This document shows, one piece after another, positions 43,676 through 52,988 of a stretch of DNA of 64,000 nucleotides. The notes beneath the pieces are model-generated. The model was not told the DNA's origin. It did no database searches and saw nothing but the letters and a program-made list of their open reading frames with translations. Both the position numbers and the translations under genes were made by a program. The DNA is from Chloroflexota bacterium (lineage in GTDB: Bacteria > Chloroflexota > Limnocylindria > Limnocylindrales > CSP1-4). The first letter of the stretch is position 1. Every line of letters begins with the position of its first letter. The stretch is taken from assembly GCA_003171065.1 (NCBI GenBank), contig PMXQ01000112.1, forward strand, positions 1,076 to 65,075. The letters are read 5' to 3'.

Positions 43676-45103
43676 ATGCTGCCGCGCGGTCTGACCGGCC
43701 GGATCGTCCTGGCCTTCGCCGGGCTGGCGGCGACGATGCTGATCGCCATGGCGGCGACGCTGTTCCTGGTCCTGCACCAGCTCCACGAAAACGAGATCAA
43801 GGACTCGCTCTCGCGCGAGATGGTCCAGGTCGTGGTGAACCTCGCCCGCGAGGCGCCGGCCCAGTGGGACGCCACGCTAACGGAGGACGGCGCCTCAGTC
43901 GCCGCCGACGGCGGCTACGTCCTGGTCCAGAACCCAAACGGCGCCATCCGGGTCATCGTCGGCAATCCCTCCTCGTTGGCGATGCCGAGCGGTACCTCGG
44001 GGAGGACGCAGACCTCCGACGGCAACTGGTTCATCTACGCCGAGGCAGGCAAGAACGCCGCGGGCGGCCGTACCATCCTCTTCGCCCTGCCCGACACGTC
44101 GGCTCGGCTGGCCCTCGGCGACCTGGGTGGCGCGATGCTCATCGTCGCCCTGGTCCTGCTCATCGTCGGCATCCCTGTCGCCTGGCTTCTGTCACGCTCG
44201 CTTACCGGGCCGATGCGCCGGCTCGCCAACGCGGCCGCCGAGCTGCCGGCTGCCTCGGGCGAGACCACGCCGCTCCCGCTCGAGGGTCCGACAGAGGTGA
44301 GGGCCCTGACCGAACGGTTCAACGCCATGGCCCACGAGCTCGCGTCAACGAGGCAGGAGGAGACGCAACTCCTCGCGAACCTGCGCCACGACCTGCGGAC
44401 GCCGCTGACGAGCATCGGCGGGTTCGCCGAGGCGATCGCCGATGGGACGGCCTCGGGCGATCGCGCCGCAGCGGCGGCTCGGACGATCGCCGAGGAAGCG
44501 CAGCGGCTCGAGCGGCTGGTCGGCGAGCTGGGCGTCGTGGAGCGGCTGCGCCAGGGTCCCGCTTCGCTGCGCCCGGAGGCACTCGACGCGACCGCGTTGC
44601 TGACCGACGCCGCGGCCAGGTTCGAGGCGCGAGCCTCCGGCCTGGGCCTCGCCATCGAGGTCGCCGGGGCGATCCCCGGTACGCCTGCCCTGGCGTTCAC
44701 CGGCGACCGACTGGCCGCCGAGCGGATCCTCCAGAACTTGATCGAGAACGCCCTCTCGGTGGTGCCCCGCGGCGGCCACGTCTGGCTGCGGGCGGCGTCG
44801 CTGCGAATGCCGGGGCGCCCGACCGGGATCGCCCTGAGCGTCACCGACGACGGGCCCGGCTTCCCTCCCGGGACGTCAGAGCGCGTCTTCGAGCGCTTCT
44901 TCCGCGCCGACCCATCGCGAACCGGCGGCGGCTCCGGGCTGGGGCTGGCGATCGTCCGCGAGCTGGCACGTGCCCATGGCGGCGAAGCCTGGGCCGAGAA
45001 CGTCGCCCCCCACGGAGCGCAGGTGACGGTGCTGCTGCCGCTGAACCCTGTCGTGCCCGGGATGACGAAGCCCGCCGAGCAAGGCGCCGGAACCGAGGCC
45101 TGA
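43676..45103 (+). CDS. Sensor histidine kinase (2 TM, HAMP, HisKA, HATPase_c)
   Basis: H-box LANLRHDLRTPLTSI, N-box LQNLIENAL, G1 VTDDGPGFP, G2 GGGSGLGLAIV. Confidence 0.9.
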   Translation: MLPRGLTGRIVLAFAGLAATMLIAMAATLFLVLHQLHENEIKDSLSREMVQVVVNLAREAPAQWDATLTEDGASVAADGGYVLVQNPNGAIRVIVGNPSSLAMPSGTSGRTQTSDGNWFIYAEAGKNAAGGRTILFALPDTSARLALGDLGGAMLIVALVLLIVGIPVAWLLSRSLTGPMRRLANAAAELPAASGETTPLPLEGPTEVRALTERFNAMAHELASTRQEETQLLANLRHDLRTPLTSIGGFAEAIADGTASGDRAAAAARTIAEEAQRLERLVGELGVVERLRQGPASLRPEALDATALLTDAAARFEARASGLGLAIEVAGAIPGTPALAFTGDRLAAERILQNLIENALSVVPRGGHVWLRAASLRMPGRPTGIALSVTDDGPGFPPGTSERVFERFFRADPSRTGGGSGLGLAIVRELARAHGGEAWAENVAPHGAQVTVLLPLNPVVPGMTKPAEQGAGTEA

Positions 45104-45170
45104 CGGCCCGGAGTCGCGGGCTCGCCGGTCGAGCCGGCGATCGAGCTGCGCCTGCCGCTATCCTTCCCGG

Positions 45171-46274
45171 GTGAGCGACCCCATCAACCCCTCCGGTCCA
45201 CCGGCCGAGATTACCCATCTGGTCCGCCAGCGGACCGAGGCCCGCGCCCGCCGCGACTGGGCGAACGCCGACGCCCTCAAGGTCGAGATCGAGGCCGCCG
45301 GCTGGAAGGTCACCGACCACGGCGGTCGAACCTCCGTCAGCCGGACCGCACCATCCAGTATCGAGATGGACGGTCATGTTCGCTACGGATCTGCCGCGGC
45401 CGTGCCGTCCCGTCTGGAAGAGCCGCCCGAAGTGCCCTGGACGGTGATCGTTCTCGCGTCCGAAGCGCCCGAGCGAGTTTCGCGGCTGCTTGCGGGTTTG
45501 CGCACCCACGCCCCCGGCGCGACGCAGGTCGTGGTCGTTGCCAACGACCCGAGCGAGCCGCAGCAGGCGGCGCTCGCGGCCGGGGCTCCGGATCGGGCCG
45601 CCATAGGCGGGCGGGAGGTCGAGGTGCTGCGAACCGCAACTCGCCTGGGCCACGCTGCTGCGCTGAACATCGCGCTGCGGCGCACCGCCGGCGAGCTGGT
45701 GCTCGTCGCCGACGGCACGGCCTGGCCGACCGGCGACGCGCTCACTCCGCCGGCCGAAGCCCTGACCGACCCGGACGTGGCCGTGGTTGGGGCCGTCGGC
45801 GTCACATCGGCCGAACCCGGACCCCTTCGGTCATCGGCTCTCGAGCCCTCGGAGGCGCGCGAGGTCGGAGCCGTCCTGGCCGGCTGGATGGCATTCCGCC
45901 GCGCCGACTATGTCGCGCTGGGGCCGCTCGACGAGCGCTTCGTCACGCCGGCCTGGCTCGACGTCTGGTGGAGTCTGCGGCTCAGAGCGGGCGAGGACCC
46001 CGACTGGACCGACGCCGGGGCGGCCGAAACCGGGCCGGGCGAAGGCGACGCCGGGGCGGCGGAAGCCCCGATGGCCGAGCCCGAGGCAGTCGAGCGGCCG
46101 GCCGCCGGAGCCGGGACCGCCGCGTTCGAGGTCCCAGCCCCACGTCGAGCCATCCGCCTGGACCTCCCGGTCGAGCACGACGAGATAGCCTGGCCGCCCG
46201 ACAGGTCGCGCCTGGGCCGCCGCAACATGTACCGCGTGCTCGACCGCTGGGGCTGGCGAGAGGACCTGGTCTGA
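45171..46274 (+). CDS. Glycosyltransferase-like (GT-A fold pattern) protein with an N-terminal CysRS C-terminal-like helix
   Basis: RQRTEARARRDWANADALKVEIEAAGWKVTD resembles the C-terminal motif of cysteinyl-tRNA synthetases. It is followed by WTVIVLASEAPE...VVVVANDPS. Functional assignment is weak. Confidence 0.5.
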   Translation: MSDPINPSGPPAEITHLVRQRTEARARRDWANADALKVEIEAAGWKVTDHGGRTSVSRTAPSSIEMDGHVRYGSAAAVPSRLEEPPEVPWTVIVLASEAPERVSRLLAGLRTHAPGATQVVVVANDPSEPQQAALAAGAPDRAAIGGREVEVLRTATRLGHAAALNIALRRTAGELVLVADGTAWPTGDALTPPAEALTDPDVAVVGAVGVTSAEPGPLRSSALEPSEAREVGAVLAGWMAFRRADYVALGPLDERFVTPAWLDVWWSLRLRAGEDPDWTDAGAAETGPGEGDAGAAEAPMAEPEAVERPAAGAGTAAFEVPAPRRAIRLDLPVEHDEIAWPPDRSRLGRRNMYRVLDRWGWREDLV

Positions 46275-46323
46275 TCCGGGCAGCCCTCGCCGCTGAGCGG
46301 GCCCTGCCCTGGGTGAGCCGGCC

Positions 46324-47685
46324 CTACGCGACCATCGTCGTGGCGACGAACGCAGGCCCTGTGGCGGCTGAGACGTCCAATTGCAGGGCGGGCGAGACCT
46401 GACTCGTGTAGTAGCGGTAGTACGGATCCGCCTGCCACCTGGCGGTGCCCACAAAGTAGCCGGCGACCATGACCGCGACCAGAGCGACCACGCCGAGGAT
46501 GGGCAGGCCCAGCCGCTCGAGCCCCGACCTGCCTCCGCCACCGGGCCTCTGCCAGAGCGAGCCAAGCGTCGGCACACGGCCCGGCGGCATGACCAGCGCG
46601 AGCCACACGCCGGCGACGAGCCCGCCGACGTGGGCGAAGTTGTCGACGTTGCCGAAGACACCGGAGAAGCCCAACACAAGGTTCAGGACGATCAGGAAGC
46701 CGACCTGCGAGGCGATGGCTCGCGACTGCGAGTCCAGGACGGCGTGGTGATATTCCGTCGCCACCAGCACGATGCCGAAGAGCGCGAAGATCGCGCCCGA
46801 TGCGCCGACCGAAGCTCCGCTGTCCCCGAAGACATAGCTGGCGATCGAGGCGGCGATCCCGCCCAGGATGTAGAAGAACAGCATCAGCCTGGCGCCATAC
46901 ATCTTCTCCACGAGCTGTCCGGCGAACCACAGGGCGTACATGTTGAACAACAGGTGAAGGATGTCGTTCGGGTCATGGACCAGAACGACCGTAAGCAGCC
47001 GATAGATTTCCCCGCTCGCAACCAGGTACTTGTTGAGCTCGAGCTGCAGCTCGAGCGGGCCACCGGGACTGGCCTGGCCCGGCACTGTCGTCCCGCCCTG
47101 CATCGCGATCAGGGACGTGACCACCGTCACGCCGATGATCAGATAGGTCATGAAGGACGGCAGCACGTCGCCGCGGCTGCGGGCGAAGTAGCGGCCCGCG
47201 GCACGGCTGTTGCCGGTCTCCTTGGAGAGCCAGCCCAGGCGTGAGGCGATCAGCGCCTTGTCGGCGGCGGGGGCGCGCCGTTCGCACTGGCGGTAGGCGT
47301 CGAGCGCGCCCTGGATGTCCTTGGCGCGAACCCGCGCCGCCGCGACCTGACGCCAGGCTCGATACGTTGCCGGCGTCTCGGGCAAGGCGGTCACTTGTTC
47401 CCACGCGGCCAGGGCGTCGGCCTCGCGGTCCAGGCGGTAGAGCGCGTTGCCCATGCCATAGAGGGCGGCCGCGGAAACGTCCCGGTCCGACGCGCCGAGC
47501 GTCCGGCCGTACAGGGCCAGGGCGTGTTCCGGCTCACTCGCCTCCAGCAGCTCGTCGGCCCGTTGGATCAGGGCGATGGCCGTCGGCCGCTCCAGCGGGC
47601 CCGCGACAGACGGGTCGAAGCCGGCCGGAACGGTGGGCGAGCCCTCGAACTGAAGTCCCTCGGAAGCGCGATCCATGGCGGGCAC
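46324..47685 (-). CDS. Rhomboid-family intramembrane serine protease with an N-terminal TPR region
   Basis: LVHDPNDILHLLFNMYALWFAG (HxxxN), GASGAIFALFG (catalytic GxSG), and AHVGGLVAG. Confidence 0.85.
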   Translation of the reverse strand: MPAMDRASEGLQFEGSPTVPAGFDPSVAGPLERPTAIALIQRADELLEASEPEHALALYGRTLGASDRDVSAAALYGMGNALYRLDREADALAAWEQVTALPETPATYRAWRQVAAARVRAKDIQGALDAYRQCERRAPAADKALIASRLGWLSKETGNSRAAGRYFARSRGDVLPSFMTYLIIGVTVVTSLIAMQGGTTVPGQASPGGPLELQLELNKYLVASGEIYRLLTVVLVHDPNDILHLLFNMYALWFAGQLVEKMYGARLMLFFYILGGIAASIASYVFGDSGASVGASGAIFALFGIVLVATEYHHAVLDSQSRAIASQVGFLIVLNLVLGFSGVFGNVDNFAHVGGLVAGVWLALVMPPGRVPTLGSLWQRPGGGGRSGLERLGLPILGVVALVAVMVAGYFVGTARWQADPYYRYYTSQVSPALQLDVSAATGPAFVATTMVA

Positions 47686-47744
47686 TCTACATGAACGAGG
47701 GGCCCGGCGCGGCGCCGGACGCGGACGCCACGGGACCTGAATCC

Positions 47745-48470
47745 TCAGTCGGCGACGGGCTCCCAGCCCGAGGCTCCGACCGCCTCCGCGAACGCCACCG
47801 CCGCTTCCGCCCCGGCATCGAGTCCGGCGGCGAAGGCGCCCACCACGCGACCGAACGAACCGTCGTCGACGACGGGCGCCTCGAGGAGCGTCGCCTCCGG
47901 CGGGAGAGACGCCGGCGTGGCGCCGGGCGGCAGGAGCACCACGAGCCGGGCGCCGCCGAAGGTCGCCCCCTCGACCACGGCCGCGACCGCCACTTCGGAG
48001 AGTGGCTCCGCGAGCACTACGACCCGCATCTCGGCCAGGTAGCTCAAAGCCAGGGAGATGTCGCCGGCCTCGAGCCCCGGCCGCGCGGCCGGATCGACGG
48101 GGAGCAGCTCTACCTCGCCCCGTGGCACGTCGTCGCCGCGATCGACCGCCAGCGCATCGGCTGTGAGAGCGTCGGCCGCCAGACCGTCGGCGCCCTGGCC
48201 CGCCGAGTCGGGCTCCGTGACCGCTACCAGGGCGGAAAGCACCGGCGTGGATCGCGCCGGATCCCGGAGCAGTGCTGCGTGCCCGACACCCAGACGGCCG
48301 AGCGCCAGAACGACCGCGTCGCCCGCGCCGTCGTCGCCGACCTTGCCGACCAGCTCCACCGAGCTGCCGAGGGCAGCCGCGGCAGCGGCCACGTCAACGG
48401 CAAGCCCGCCGGCACTCCCCTCCCCGCCTGCCAAGCCGACGTACGCCGGCAGACCGATGACGACGATCAT
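47745..48470 (-). CDS. Hypothetical protein, PfkB carbohydrate-kinase-like N-terminus
   Basis: MIVVIGLPAY..GGLAVDVAAAAAALGSSVELVGKVGDDGAGD. Ala/Val-rich. It has a 4-nt overlap with the upstream M16 gene. Confidence 0.45.
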   Translation of the reverse strand: MIVVIGLPAYVGLAGGEGSAGGLAVDVAAAAAALGSSVELVGKVGDDGAGDAVVLALGRLGVGHAALLRDPARSTPVLSALVAVTEPDSAGQGADGLAADALTADALAVDRGDDVPRGEVELLPVDPAARPGLEAGDISLALSYLAEMRVVVLAEPLSEVAVAAVVEGATFGGARLVVLLPPGATPASLPPEATLLEAPVVDDGSFGRVVGAFAAGLDAGAEAAVAFAEAVGASGWEPVAD

Positions 48471-49924
48471 TCGCCTTCCTCGTCTCCTTCGTGAGCACCG
48501 GCTTGATCGACCCCGCCCGGCAATTCATCGTGGATCACCTCGAACTCGCCGAAGCCGGCCGCCTCGAGATCCTGGCCCACGGCGTCCGCGTCACCGACCA
48601 GGACGATGGCCAGCCGGTGGGGATGGATGTGGTCCTGTGCCGCCTTTCGAACGTCCTGTGCCGTGACCGCCTCGACAAGGCCGCGATAGCGGGCCAGCTC
48701 GTCGTCCGGCAGGCCGTTCACGAAGAGCCCGCCGATCGCGCCGACCACTGCGCCAGGCGTCTCGAAACGCAGCGGGAAGACGCCGACCATGTAGTCGCGC
48801 GCAGCGGCCAGCTCCGCGTCCGTCACCAGCGTGTCGCGCATCCGGTGCAGCTCCTTGAGCGCCTCCGATATGGCGGGCACCGTGACTGCCGTCTGGACCG
48901 CAGTCCGGACGCCGAACGGGCCGGCGCCACGCCGCATGTCGAAGCCGGCGCCGACGCCGTACGTGTAGCCCTTCTCCTCGCGCAGGTTCAGCTGGAGCCG
49001 GGAGTTGAAGAGGCCGCCCAGGATCGCGGCCATGACCTGCACGGCGTGGAAGTCCGGGACGCGACGCGGCAGGCCGACGTGACCGATCCGCACCTCCGAC
49101 TGGACCGAGCCTGGCCGGTCGTACAGGCGAACGATCGGTCGCTCGACGGCCGGGTCGGCGACGGGGACGCATCCGCCGCGGGGCGAGCCTGATCCGGCCG
49201 GCGCGCCCGACGAGCCCGAACCGTTGCGAGCCAGCGAACCCAACACTTCCTCGGCCATACGAGGTACGTCGAGACCAGTCAGATCGCCGCCCACCACAAG
49301 GGCCGCCCGATCGGGCGAGAGCACCGCCCGATGGATCCCGATCAGATCGTCGCGGGTCAGCCGTTCGACCGTCGATTCGTCGCCGCCGGCGAGGCGCGAG
49401 TACGGCGAATCAGCGCTGTAGATCGCCTCAGAGAATGCCTGCTCCACCCGGCGGCGCGGTTCGGCACGCATCTGCAGCAGGTCGTTGAGCCGCTCGTCGC
49501 GCAGTCGCGCGACCTCCTCCGCCGGGAAGGTCGGCCGCTCGACGAGCTCATCGAGCAGCTCCAGGGCGGCCCGCAGGCGCGACGCCGCAACCTCGACGCT
49601 GGCCACGAAAGCGTCCCAGCTGGCGTCCACGTGGAGCGTGGAGCCGAGCCGCTCGGCGGCCTCGATCAGCTCCAGCCCCGGGTAGCGCTCCGTGCCCTCG
49701 GTCATCGCCCGAGCGGCGAGGACGGTTGCGCCCGCCAGATCGGCCGGCTCGTCGGCGGCGCCGCTGCGGAAGATCAGATTGGCCGACACCAGCGGCCGGC
49801 CCGGGACGTGGACCGCCAGAACCTGCAGGCCGGACGGCAGCACCGTCCGCTCGAACGGCGGAAAGTTGTAGGCGCGGGGCTGGCCGGGCAACGGTCGAGC
49901 GGCGAGAATCTCTTCCAGCGTCAT
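48467..49924 (-). CDS. M16-family peptidase, non-catalytic-type subunit (no HxxEH)
   Basis: M16 N and C domain pattern (GAADEPADLAGATVLAARAMTEGT, ..YPGLEL). It is translationally coupled (ATGA) to the upstream M16 gene. Confidence 0.8.
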   Translation of the reverse strand: MTLEEILAARPLPGQPRAYNFPPFERTVLPSGLQVLAVHVPGRPLVSANLIFRSGAADEPADLAGATVLAARAMTEGTERYPGLELIEAAERLGSTLHVDASWDAFVASVEVAASRLRAALELLDELVERPTFPAEEVARLRDERLNDLLQMRAEPRRRVEQAFSEAIYSADSPYSRLAGGDESTVERLTRDDLIGIHRAVLSPDRAALVVGGDLTGLDVPRMAEEVLGSLARNGSGSSGAPAGSGSPRGGCVPVADPAVERPIVRLYDRPGSVQSEVRIGHVGLPRRVPDFHAVQVMAAILGGLFNSRLQLNLREEKGYTYGVGAGFDMRRGAGPFGVRTAVQTAVTVPAISEALKELHRMRDTLVTDAELAAARDYMVGVFPLRFETPGAVVGAIGGLFVNGLPDDELARYRGLVEAVTAQDVRKAAQDHIHPHRLAIVLVGDADAVGQDLEAAGFGEFEVIHDELPGGVDQAGAHEGDEEGE

Positions 49925-51294
49925 GCCGCCGACTCCTCGCCCTCGCCCCTGGCCGATCCGGCGGCGGGCATATAGGTGAGCACGACGCGGTTGTCCGGCC
50001 GAAACACTTCCGCGGCCACGGTCTGGATCTGCGCCGGGGTCACCGATAGATACCGCTCCAGCTGGCGGTTGATTAGGTCCGGGTCGTCGAGCAGAGTAGC
50101 GAACATCGCCAGTCGATCGGCCCGTTCCTCCACCCGCTGGAGCGCCTCGAGCTCGTACGTTTCTATCAGTGCCCGCGCTCGGGCGAGCTCGTCGGCCGTC
50201 ACCGGCTCACGACCCAGCCGTTCGAGCTCGTCCTCGAAGGCCCGCTCGACGACCTCCGGATCGACGCCCGGCCGAACCGTCGCCTGGCCGGCGGCAATCG
50301 ATGCCCCACCGACGAACCCCACGGCGAAGAACGCGACGTCCTGGGCGATCTGTTCCTCGCGCACGAGCCGACGGTACAGCCGGCTGCCCTTTCCGCCGGC
50401 CAGTATCTGGGACGCAACCTCCAGGGCCTCCAGCCTCGGATCGCCGAAGCAAGGCGCCCGAAAGCCGAAGTAGTGACGCGGCAGCGGCACCCGATCCTCG
50501 ACCACCTCGCGACTCTCGGCCCCCAGCGTGGGGGGCAAGCTCACGTCGCCCAGCGGCGGGATCTCTGGATTCGCCGCGATCTCGCCGAAGTAGCGCTCCA
50601 CCCAGGCCCGAGTCTGCGCCGGATCGGCGTCGCCGGCGATCGCCAGGACGGCGTTGTTCGGCGCGTAGTAGGTCCGGAAGAAAGCGGCCACGTCCTCGAG
50701 CGAGGCCGCGTCCAGGTCCTCCATCGACCCGATCGTCGGATGATGGTACGGATGCTCCGGCGGATAGAGGTGTTCCTGGAGCTTGTGGAACCACTGGCCG
50801 TAAGGTCGGTTGTCGTAGCTCGAGCGCTTCTCGTTCTTGACGACGTCGCGCTGGTTGTCCAGGTTCTCCTGGTTTAGGGCGTCCAGCAGCGTCGCCATGC
50901 GGTCGGCTTCGAGCCAAAGGGCGAGCTCCAGCTGGTGGCTCGGCATCGTCTCGAAGTAGTTGGTGCGGTCCAGCCAGGTCGTGCCGTTGAGCGTCCCGCC
51001 GGCCGCCTGGACCAGGCCCATGTGCTCGGTCTTGGCAACGTGGCGAGAGCCCTGGAACATGACGTGCTCGAAGAGGTGGGCAAAGCCGGTCTTGCCGGGA
51101 ACCTCGTTCTTGGAGCCGACCGCGTACCAGATGCAGACCGCGACGACCGGGGCCAGATGGTCTTCCGCGATGATCAGCCGCAGCCCGTTGGCCAATCGCT
51201 CGTCGGTGAACCTGACAGTCGGTGCGGTCATTCTCTGGAGGCTCCTGGAGGATGCGCGGTCGCGCGATTCGGCGATAGCGACGCCGCGATCCAT
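49921..51294 (-). CDS. M16-family zinc peptidase (insulinase-like), catalytic subunit
   Basis: Inverted zinc motif GFAHLFEHVMFQGS (HxxEH) and downstream ..NGTTWLDRTNYFE. Confidence 0.9.
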   Translation of the reverse strand: MDRGVAIAESRDRASSRSLQRMTAPTVRFTDERLANGLRLIIAEDHLAPVVAVCIWYAVGSKNEVPGKTGFAHLFEHVMFQGSRHVAKTEHMGLVQAAGGTLNGTTWLDRTNYFETMPSHQLELALWLEADRMATLLDALNQENLDNQRDVVKNEKRSSYDNRPYGQWFHKLQEHLYPPEHPYHHPTIGSMEDLDAASLEDVAAFFRTYYAPNNAVLAIAGDADPAQTRAWVERYFGEIAANPEIPPLGDVSLPPTLGAESREVVEDRVPLPRHYFGFRAPCFGDPRLEALEVASQILAGGKGSRLYRRLVREEQIAQDVAFFAVGFVGGASIAAGQATVRPGVDPEVVERAFEDELERLGREPVTADELARARALIETYELEALQRVEERADRLAMFATLLDDPDLINRQLERYLSVTPAQIQTVAAEVFRPDNRVVLTYMPAAGSARGEGEESAA

Positions 51295-51427
51295 GCATTG
51301 TACGGGTCGCCGCCGCGGCGAGGGTCGGCGGCAGGCTCCACGACGCTACGGTGAGCCGTCGCCCGGCCGGGCGACGGAAGCCGAGACTGGATGCACGAGT
51401 TCGCTCCGCGCGTGTCGCGCACCGCGC

Positions 51428-51466
51428 TTGACTTACCCTTCGTATCTTGTTAGCTTCCTATCTAAC
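51428..51466 (+). promoter_or_regulatory. Candidate promoter (TTGACT-17-TAGCTT) overlapping the operator GTTAG-N8-CTAAC
   Basis: -35 at 51428..51433 and -10-like at 51451..51456. The palindrome TCTTGTTAG cttcctat CTAACAAGA has half-sites at 51449..51453 and 51462..51466. Confidence 0.55.
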
Positions 51467-51489
51467 AAGAGTAAGAGGAACTACTAGAA

Positions 51490-52578
51490 GTGGCAGGGCT
51501 CCAGAACCCACCGCGCACTGCTCGGGAGCGATCCGGCGGCCTCGTCCGGCCAGGTCTGACGATGACTCAGATGCCTGCGGTCGAGCTTGATTCGCGCACG
51601 GCCTACGACTTCGTCGTGAGCGCCTGCGCCGACTGCGGCGAGCTCCAGGACCTCCTGCCCGAGGATCGGGGCTGGCTCCAGGAGTCGCGCTTGGCAGTCT
51701 TGAGCGAGGTCGGCGAAACTGAATCCGCCCGCGCTTGCGTCGGCTTCGTGTCCGAGGTCGGCCGGCTGCTCGTGGTTCGGCCGGAGATCAAGACGGCCCG
51801 CCAGGTCGTGGCCGCGGTCGACGAGCTCTCCGACGCCGATCTGCTCGAGTGCCTATTCGGCGAGCTCATCGAGAGCCCGGAAGTTGCCGACTTCGCCCGC
51901 AAGGCCCTCAACGGCGACACCGAGGCCTACGCCGCGCTGCGCGACCGGCTCGAGCATTGGAGGGGTCACGCGGTCATGCCGGAGACCCTGGCCGAGCTCG
52001 CGCCGGGCTCGCGCCGGGCGCTTCACGCGTGGCTCCCACGCTTCGAGCAGGCCGAAGTGCGCGTGGGCCGGATGCTCGACCGAGACGTCGCCGGACGCCA
52101 CATGGGCGATGCGGTGGCCAATCCACTCGGCTTCGTCGAAAAGGCCACCAACGGCATCCGAATGGTGCCGGAGCAAAGGACCCGCCGGATCGTTCTGGCG
52201 CCCAGCTACTTCGGGCGGCCGTTCAACTCGCTGACCAAGGTCGGCGAGATCACGCTCATCTGCTACCCAATCGCCGACTCGGCGCTCGGGGCCGGCGGCA
52301 GGGCCGCTCCTCCAGTGGCGACGGTGCGCCTCTATCGCGCCCTGGGAGACGAGAGCAGGCTGCGCATCCTGCGCTTGCTGGCCGAACGCGACCGCTATCT
52401 CACCGAGCTCGCCACCGAGCTCGAACTCAGCAAGCCGACGGTCAGCCACCACCTGGCCCAGCTCCGAAGCGCTGGCCTGGTGACTATGACCGAGCAGGGC
52501 AACCTCACCTACTACACGCTTCGCCGGGACCGTATCCAACAGGCCGGACCGGAGTTGAGCGCCTTCCTGGCGCGCTGA
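51490..52578 (+). CDS. ArsR-family transcriptional regulator with a long N-terminal (DUF5937-like) domain
   Basis: The C-terminal wHTH is YRALGDESRLRILRLLAERDRYLTELATELELSKPTVSHHLAQLRSAGLV. The start is uncertain: GTG 51490 or ATG 51562. Confidence 0.8.
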   Translation: MAGLQNPPRTARERSGGLVRPGLTMTQMPAVELDSRTAYDFVVSACADCGELQDLLPEDRGWLQESRLAVLSEVGETESARACVGFVSEVGRLLVVRPEIKTARQVVAAVDELSDADLLECLFGELIESPEVADFARKALNGDTEAYAALRDRLEHWRGHAVMPETLAELAPGSRRALHAWLPRFEQAEVRVGRMLDRDVAGRHMGDAVANPLGFVEKATNGIRMVPEQRTRRIVLAPSYFGRPFNSLTKVGEITLICYPIADSALGAGGRAAPPVATVRLYRALGDESRLRILRLLAERDRYLTELATELELSKPTVSHHLAQLRSAGLVTMTEQGNLTYYTLRRDRIQQAGPELSAFLAR

Positions 52579-52613
52579 CCATCGTGCCTGGCGTCGGCCC
52601 GGAGCGACCTTGT

Positions 52614-52631
52614 GTTAGATGAACAACTAAC
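52614..52631 (+). promoter_or_regulatory. Second GTTAG-N8-CTAAC site, upstream of the small ORF / MFS genes
   Basis: GTTAG at 52614..52618, spacer atgaacaa, CTAAC at 52627..52631. The geometry matches the site at 51449..51466. Confidence 0.55.
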
Positions 52632-52669
52632 CCTGGATATCGAAACCCCTAACTAGGAGAGTAGGTCGA

Positions 52670-52894
52670 ATGTGGTACCAACCACCCGAACAGGTTCTTC
52701 TCATGGTGCGAAGGCGACAGGCGGAGATGCGCGCTGACGCCCTGGAAGCACGCCACGCCAGCCGATCCGAAGGGCCGCGAACGTCGCTTGGACGAGTCAG
52801 CGGGCTGCAGGTCCATCTAGGTCGACTCCTCATCGTGGTCGGGCGTACCCTCCGCGAAGACGAGCCGCCGTGCCCGGACCTGATGCGCTCCTAG
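52670..52894 (+). CDS. Small hypothetical protein (Arg-rich helix + LGRLLIVVGRTL segment)
   Basis: The ATG is preceded by AGGAGAG. 74 aa. It sits between the ArsR and MFS genes, and its pattern is similar to ORF 33918..34112. Confidence 0.45.
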   Translation: MWYQPPEQVLLMVRRRQAEMRADALEARHASRSEGPRTSLGRVSGLQVHLGRLLIVVGRTLREDEPPCPDLMRS

Positions 52895-52972
52895 GACGCG
52901 CTTCGTCACCGCACGCTTCGTAACGCACAGCTCCGCAGGACGCGCTTCGTCACCGCACGCTTCGTAACGCAC
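52892..52972. repeat. Perfect 37-bp direct repeat x2, separated by 7 bp
   Basis: AGGACGCGCTTCGTCACCGCACGCTTCGTAACGCACA at 52892..52928 and 52936..52972. It lies between the small-ORF stop and the MFS start. Confidence 0.85.
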
Positions 52973-52988
52973 ACTCGAGTGGGGACCC

